From an uncultured Acidobacteriota bacterium (GTDB taxonomy: Bacteria > Acidobacteriota > Vicinamibacteria > Vicinamibacterales > CAVVIG01), in NCBI GenBank assembly GCA_902825985.1, contig CADEDC010000019.1, positions 14,137 to 78,136 of the forward strand: a stretch of 64,000 nucleotides of DNA, read 5' to 3'. The notes beneath the pieces are model-generated. The model was given only the letters and a program-made list of their open reading frames with translations. It did not search any database and was not told where the DNA came from. The translations under genes were made by a program, and so were the position numbers. Positions 59,748-64,000 of the stretch are shown here, in pieces. Numbering within the stretch: the first letter of the stretch is position 1; each line of letters opens with the position of its first letter.

Positions 59748-60494
59748 ATGGCGTTGAAAGTGGTCGTACTCGGCGGAACGAAAGGGATCGGGCGGGCGCT
59801 CGCCCGGCAGTTGGCCGCCCGGGGCGACCAGGTCCACCTGCTCGGCCGGGACGCCGAGGAACTGGCGAAGTGCGCCGCCGATCTGCAGGCGCGCCGGCCG
59901 TCGCCCGCGCCGGTCGGTTTCACGTCGTGCGATCTCGAACGCCCCGAGGGCTTCGCGCCGGCGCTCGCCGCCGCCGATGCGGCGCTCGGCGGCTTCGACA
60001 CCGTCGTCGTCACCGCTGGACTGTTCGCCACGCAGGCACGGCTGCAGTCGGATCGCGAGTTCACCCGTCGTCTGCTCACCGTCAACTTCGCGCACACCGT
60101 CGTGTTCTGCGAAGAGGTCCGCGAGTACCTGCTGGCGCGCGGCGGCGGGACGTTGTGCGTCGTCAGTTCGGTGGCCGGCGAGCGTGGCCGCAAGCCGGTG
60201 GTGCTGTACGGCGCGTCGAAGGCCGGCCTCAGCGCCTATCTCGAGGGCCTCGACCACGCGTTCCGGGGCGCCGGACTACGGACGATCTGCGTGAAACCGG
60301 GGTTCGTGCGGACGTCGATGACCGACGGGTTGCCGGAGCCGCCGTTTGCCGCCGAGCCGGAGCAGGTCGCCACCACGGTGGTCCGGGCGATCGACCGCGG
60401 GACGCCGGTCGTCTACGCGCCGCCGATCTGGGCACTGGTGATGATGGTGATCCGACTCCTGCCGCGGGCCGTCATGCGGCGCATCGGATTCTGA
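59748..60494 (+). CDS. dprE2: Short-chain dehydrogenase/reductase, DprE2-like
   Basis: 'VVVLGGTKGIGRALARQLA' and 'YGASKAGLSAYLEGL'. About 250 aa. Start ATG 59748 (GGAG upstream) or TTG 59730. Confidence 0.7.
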   Translation: MALKVVVLGGTKGIGRALARQLAARGDQVHLLGRDAEELAKCAADLQARRPSPAPVGFTSCDLERPEGFAPALAAADAALGGFDTVVVTAGLFATQARLQSDREFTRRLLTVNFAHTVVFCEEVREYLLARGGGTLCVVSSVAGERGRKPVVLYGASKAGLSAYLEGLDHAFRGAGLRTICVKPGFVRTSMTDGLPEPPFAAEPEQVATTVVRAIDRGTPVVYAPPIWALVMMVIRLLPRAVMRRIGF

Positions 60495-60550
60495 CGCCGC
60501 CGGCCACGTCCGGGTGGACCTGGTCCGACGGATGGTGGGGACTTTCCCGG

Positions 60551-60739
60551 CTAGTGCGACCGCTGCCCGGCGAGGCCGGGAATTTCCGTCGCCTTGTTAC
60601 GCCCCTGCGACTTGGCGTTCAGGCTGCGCGCGACCATGGCAGCTACGATGAGGCCGATGCCCCAACCTGCGATCCACATGGGTTCGGACAAATTCACGTA
60701 CTGGACGTTCGAGAACCACGACATTTGAGAGGACAGCAT
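60551..60739 (-). CDS. Hypothetical small single-TM protein (62 aa)
   Basis: 'MLSSQMSWFSNVQYVNLSEPMWIAGWGIGLIVAAMVARSLNAKSQGRNK...'. The 5' end is unusually AT-rich. No family recognised. A sigma54-like element and a palindrome lie upstream. Confidence 0.3.
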   Translation of the reverse strand: MLSSQMSWFSNVQYVNLSEPMWIAGWGIGLIVAAMVARSLNAKSQGRNKATEIPGLAGQRSH

Positions 60740-60762
60740 ATTTTCGAATCCACCATCTATGC

Positions 60763-60778
60763 TGCAAACAGTGGTCCT
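60763..60778 (-). promoter_or_regulatory. Sigma54-type candidate (minus strand AGGACC-ACTGT-TTGCA)
   Basis: GG-N10-GC with a perfect TTGCA -12. Only about 24 nt upstream of ATG 60739. Lies 82 nt downstream of the palindrome at 60861-60884. Confidence 0.3.
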
Positions 60779-60860
60779 GTCCTAAAGGTGTCGTCGGATT
60801 TGCGGTAACTACCTGTCCTCAAGTCCGTTACTGGCATTCATCGGGGGAGAGCCCACCGGC

Positions 60861-60884
60861 TAAGTCATCCTTGAAGAAGACTTA
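60861..60884. promoter_or_regulatory. Inverted repeat TAAGTC-N12-GACTTA
   Basis: Lies in the low-GC intergenic patch between the SBP gene stop (60929) and the small ORF. Same architecture as 1215-1238 and 56092-56115. Confidence 0.4.
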
Positions 60885-60928
60885 CATCAGGACTTCGGCG
60901 ACCGTTCTCCTTTTTGGACCTGCCAGCG

Positions 60929-61888
60929 CTACTGTGGCGCGGTCGGATGGAGGGCCTGCGCGAGCGCCCGGGCGGCCTCCACCAGCCGCGGCCCGGGAAT
61001 GACAAATTCGTCTCCTTGAAGGACATACACCTGCCGGCGTTGAACCGCCGGGACGGCCGAGAGCGGGTCCCACTCTCCAACGAGGCGCGCCAGCGCCGGC
61101 GCCGACAACGTCCGGCCGTATTTCACTTCGACGATCACGTCGGGGGCCCGCGCCAGCACTGTCTCGGTGCTCATCTCGACTGATTCCCGGCGAACGTCGC
61201 CCATCACATCCTCGCCACCCGCCAGCTGCAGCAGGTCGTGCAGGAAGCCGTAGCCGCCACTGGCCTGAATCCGGCGCAGCGAGCCCGCTTCGCGTCCGAA
61301 GACCAGCAGCGTCCGCGGCCGCGGACGGCCGGCCACCCGCTGACGGATCGCATCCAGCTGCCGCTCCAGGTCGGTCGCCGCCCGTTCGGCAGCGGCCGCT
61401 GCGCCGATTCGCCGCCCGACCGCCCGGATGGTCTGCGTGACATCCGCGAGATCGCGATGCACGTACTCGAACTGGGGGATCCTGGCCCGGTCCAGCTGGA
61501 CGCGGAGATCGCGCTGCGTTCCATAGACGATCACCAGGTCCGGTCGCAGCGACAGCAGCCGTTCGGCGTTGGGATCGAGGAGGCCGCCGACGCGCGGCAG
61601 CCGCGTCGCCGCCTCGGGAAACCGATCGTAGGTGCTGACGCCGACCACCCGGTCGCCGGCGCCGATGGCGAAGAGCATCTCGGTGACCGCCGGCACGAAC
61701 GACACGATCCGCCGCGCCGGCGTGCCGGCGGTCGCCGCCGGCGTCTGCCCGGTTCCGGCGCCGGCCATATCACCGCCGGATGCGACGCCGGCGATGACCA
61801 GGACGCCGACGAGCAGTCCGGTCAGAGGTCCCGGCCGCCAGCCGGCCGGCGGCCGGGTGTCACTCAGTCGTGGCGGAAGAGCAGCCAT
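60929..61888 (-). CDS. ABC transporter periplasmic substrate-binding protein (BtuF/FecB-like, cobalamin/iron-chelate family)
   Basis: 'RIVSFVPAVTEMLFAIGAGDRVVGVSTYDRFP...LRPDLVIVYG'. Start set at ATG 61888 (the track ORF to 62314 is an over-extension). Overlaps the permease stop by 25 nt. Confidence 0.8.
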   Translation of the reverse strand: MAALPPRLSDTRPPAGWRPGPLTGLLVGVLVIAGVASGGDMAGAGTGQTPAATAGTPARRIVSFVPAVTEMLFAIGAGDRVVGVSTYDRFPEAATRLPRVGGLLDPNAERLLSLRPDLVIVYGTQRDLRVQLDRARIPQFEYVHRDLADVTQTIRAVGRRIGAAAAAERAATDLERQLDAIRQRVAGRPRPRTLLVFGREAGSLRRIQASGGYGFLHDLLQLAGGEDVMGDVRRESVEMSTETVLARAPDVIVEVKYGRTLSAPALARLVGEWDPLSAVPAVQRRQVYVLQGDEFVIPGPRLVEAARALAQALHPTAPQ

Positions 61889-62877
61889 AGGAAAAAGGGT
61901 CCGCCGATGACGGCCGTAACCACGCCAACCGGGAGCTCCACCGGCGCCAGGACGGTTCGCGCCGCGAGGTCGCAGAGCACGAGGAAGGCGGCGCCGAAGA
62001 GTCCAGCGGCGGGCAGCACCAGGCGATGGTCGGCGCCGACGATGAGGCGGACCAGATGCGGCACGATGATGCCGACGAACCCGACCGGACCGGCGAGCGA
62101 CACGGCGGCACCGGTGGCCAGCGACGCGCTCACCAGGGCGACCCGTTCGGCCCGTTCGACGTCCACGCCGCGGGCTGCCGCCGATTCGGTGCCGACGCTC
62201 ACGAGGTCGAGGACGCGCGGCAGCGTCGCCATCGCCAGCATGGCGGCGACCATTGGCACGAGCGCCGCGAGAATCGGCGGGTAGGCGGGGACGTCGAGCG
62301 AGCCCATCAGCCACCGTGTCGTCTGCAGCGTTTCGGTGAAGTCGGCCATGAACTGCACGAATCGCACGACCGCCGACAGCAGCGCCGTGATAGCGATGCC
62401 GGCCAGCAGCAGCACGGTCGTGTTGGTGCCGCGCTGCCGCGCCGCTGACAGCGTGTAGACGATGGCGAGGGCGCCGAGCGATCCGGCAAAGCTCGCCAGC
62501 GGCACCGCGGACAACCCGAACAGACGGACATCCAGATCCAGCGTGATGGCCAGCATCGCCCCGAGCGACGCGCCGGCCGACACGCCCAGCGTGTCCGGCG
62601 ACGCCAGCGGATTCCGGAGCAGCGCCTGGAACAGCACCCCCGACAGTGCCAGCCCGCAGCCGACGAGCGCCGCCGCGAGCACGCGCGGCAGACGCGCCAC
62701 GAAGAAGATCTGTGCGTCGACGTTGTCGGCGAACGGGATCGACCGGTCGAACACCCGCGCGAGCTGGATCGGCGTGCTGCCGACCACCGGCGCCACGACG
62801 CAGACCGCCACCGCCAGCGCGCCGAAGGCGGCGACGGTCAGTACCACGCGACGACGCAGATCAGGGACAGCGGGCAA
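61864..62877 (-). CDS. FecCD-family ABC transporter permease
   Basis: 337 aa. 'IFFVARLPRVLAAALVGCGLALSGVLFQALLRNPLASPDTLGVSAGASLGA' and 'GPVGFVGIIVPHLVRL'. Confidence 0.9.
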   Translation of the reverse strand: MPAVPDLRRRVVLTVAAFGALAVAVCVVAPVVGSTPIQLARVFDRSIPFADNVDAQIFFVARLPRVLAAALVGCGLALSGVLFQALLRNPLASPDTLGVSAGASLGAMLAITLDLDVRLFGLSAVPLASFAGSLGALAIVYTLSAARQRGTNTTVLLLAGIAITALLSAVVRFVQFMADFTETLQTTRWLMGSLDVPAYPPILAALVPMVAAMLAMATLPRVLDLVSVGTESAAARGVDVERAERVALVSASLATGAAVSLAGPVGFVGIIVPHLVRLIVGADHRLVLPAAGLFGAAFLVLCDLAARTVLAPVELPVGVVTAVIGGPFFLWLLFRHD

Positions 62878-63685
62878 GGGGGGTGACCGTCAGATGGCCG
62901 GCGCGCGCGTGGAACTGCACTTCCGCGGTGACGTCGTAGGCAAGCGCGATGCGCTCCGGCGTGATGGTGTCGGCTGTCGGACCGTCGGCAATCACCCGGC
63001 CGTCCTTCAGCAGCACGATGCGGTCGCAGAGCCCGGCGGCCAGGTTCAGGTCGTGTGTCGACAGCACCATCGTCGTGCCGCGCGCCTGATTCAGGCGACG
63101 AAGCAGGGCGGCGATTTCGAGCTGATAGCCGACGTCGAGCGAGGCGGTGGGTTCGTCGAGCAGCAGGACGTCCGACGCCTGCGCCAGCGCGCTCGCGATG
63201 ACGACCCGTTGCCGCTCGCCGCCGCTCAGGGTCGAGAACGACCGGTGTTCCAGCGCGCTGGTGCCGGTCGCGGCGAGGGCCGCGCGAGCGAGCGCGACGT
63301 CGTCGGCGCCTTCGAGCGCGAAGGTGCCGAGGTGGGGGTAGCGACCCATCAGCACGATGTCGAGCACGGAGAAGTCGAACGCCGCGTGCGTGTCCTGCGG
63401 TACCAGCGCGATACGGCGCGCGATCGCGCGCCGCGTCAGGCCGCCGATCGGCAGGCCGTCGACGAACACCTCGCCACGTTGCGGCGTGAGCAGCCCGGCC
63501 AGCAGCCGGATCAGCGTCGTCTTGCCGGAGCCGTTCGGTCCGAGCAGGCCGACGATCAGGCCGCGCTCGACGTGGACCGAGACGCCGTCGAGGACCCGGC
63601 GCCGGCCGGAGCGGTCCGCGGCGGGCCGCCCGGCGGCGCCGCCGCCGCGGCGATAGTCGAACGAGACGTCAGCGGCTCGCAGCAA
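62861..63685 (-). CDS. ABC transporter ATP-binding protein (iron-chelate/cobalamin type)
   Basis: Walker A 'GPNGSGKTTL', signature 'LSGGERQRV' and Walker B 'LLLDEPT'. Confidence 0.9.
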   Translation of the reverse strand: MLRAADVSFDYRRGGGAAGRPAADRSGRRRVLDGVSVHVERGLIVGLLGPNGSGKTTLIRLLAGLLTPQRGEVFVDGLPIGGLTRRAIARRIALVPQDTHAAFDFSVLDIVLMGRYPHLGTFALEGADDVALARAALAATGTSALEHRSFSTLSGGERQRVVIASALAQASDVLLLDEPTASLDVGYQLEIAALLRRLNQARGTTMVLSTHDLNLAAGLCDRIVLLKDGRVIADGPTADTITPERIALAYDVTAEVQFHARAGHLTVTPLARCP

Positions 63686-64000
63686 CCCGCACTCCCACGA
63701 GGCCGGTGCGACCGAGCGCCGGATAGCCGAGGGTTTCCTCGTAGCGGCGGTTCGCGGCGTTGTTGATGCGACCGAACAGCTCGAGGCCGCGGCGCAGCGG
63801 CACGGCGGCGCCGAAATCGATCACCGCGTAGCCCGGCGTGTCGAAGAGTCCGCCGGAGCCGCCGAAGTTCGGCTCGAGGTCGAGCATCCGCGACCGCAGG
63901 GTGACGGTCGCGAACGCCGACAGCCGCGACGTGGCGTAGCGGAGATCGAGCGCGCCCTGGTGACCGGGGCGCCGAATCAGCGGATCGCCGGCGCGGAACG
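63669..64000 (-). CDS. TonB-dependent receptor, C-terminal end only (5' part outside window)
   Basis: Own translation is open to the window edge: '...RRPGHQGALDLRYATSRLSAFATVTLRSRMLDLEP...LFGRINNAANRRYEETLGYPALGRTGLVGVRVAASR*'. This is the typical terminal beta-strand region of a TBDR. Confidence 0.8.
   Translation of the reverse strand, partial: FRAGDPLIRRPGHQGALDLRYATSRLSAFATVTLRSRMLDLEPNFGGSGGLFDTPGYAVIDFGAAVPLRRGLELFGRINNAANRRYEETLGYPALGRTGLVGVRVAASR

Noticed and set aside
60551-60739. The 62-aa ORF as a PEP-CTERM-type sorting-signal protein ('SEP' + TM 'MWIAGWGIGLIVAAMVA' + basic 'RSLNAKSQGRNK').
   Set aside because: There is no N-terminal signal peptide or passenger domain (only 17 residues precede the motif), and an in-frame TAG lies just upstream of the ATG. 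The motif is SEP, not PEP. The resemblance is probably coincidental.
60740-60928. Cobalamin riboswitch or other structured RNA next to the BtuF-like operon.
   Set aside because: The region lies downstream (3') of the uptake operon, not in its leader, which is beyond 64000. I could not find a B12-box-like core or the conserved paired regions, only short hairpins.
1-64000. CRISPR arrays, tRNA/rRNA genes, insertion sequences, integrases, and phage, toxin-antitoxin or other defence genes.
   Set aside because: No direct-repeat/spacer periodicity, no cloverleaf-like or rRNA-like segments, and no transposase, integrase or nuclease-type ORFs were seen. Every sizeable ORF is accounted for by polysaccharide or uptake functions.

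Overview
Visibly very GC-rich bacterial chromosomal DNA (G+C not computed). About 60.5 kb of the 64 kb window is one very large cell-surface polysaccharide (EPS/capsule-type) biosynthesis and decoration locus.

It carries many families typical of exosortase-A (XrtA)/PEP-CTERM-associated EPS loci:
- the 3' end of a priming sugar transferase, CE4 deacetylases, an ACP and a FemAB-like protein
- two AsnB-type amidotransferases, an acyl-CoA ligase and two atypical alpha/beta hydrolases
- an O-antigen-ligase-like membrane protein, a Wzx-like flippase and many GT4/GT2/GT8 glycosyltransferases

No exosortase gene or PEP-CTERM substrate gene lies inside the window.

Embedded sub-modules:
1. A GDP-D-glycero-alpha-D-manno-heptose pathway (SDR, HddC-like, HddA-like, fused GmhA-GmhB).
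2. A polyprenyl-phospho-arabinofuranose donor pathway (HAD-UbiA fusion, DprE1-like, DprE2-like).
3. A GT-C-like membrane protein flanked by two paralogous right-handed beta-helix exoproteins.
4. A carbamoyltransferase + SxtJ-like + 49-aa DUF5989/SxtK-like trio. The last ORF is absent from the supplied ORF track.
5. A second, divergent carbamoyltransferase.
6. Four FemAB/CelD-type acyl/aminoacyl transferases (one fused to an ATP-grasp domain), plus a PaaK-like ligase and a NadE-like PP-loop enzyme.
7. Five SGNH-hydrolase domains and an AT3 acyltransferase.

The last ~3.5 kb is a TonB-dependent receptor / FecCD-type ABC uptake operon.

Genes are tightly packed, with many 1- or 4-nt start/stop overlaps. 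I found no rRNA, tRNA, CRISPR, transposase or integrase.

The most interesting non-coding signal is a recurring inverted repeat, WWAGTC-N12-GACTWW. It sits 76-103 nt upstream of sigma54-type GG-N10-GC (-24/-12) elements in four separate intergenic regions. This suggests one enhancer-binding-protein regulon spans the locus.

Most long ORFs in alternative frames or on the opposite strand are GC-driven artefacts.
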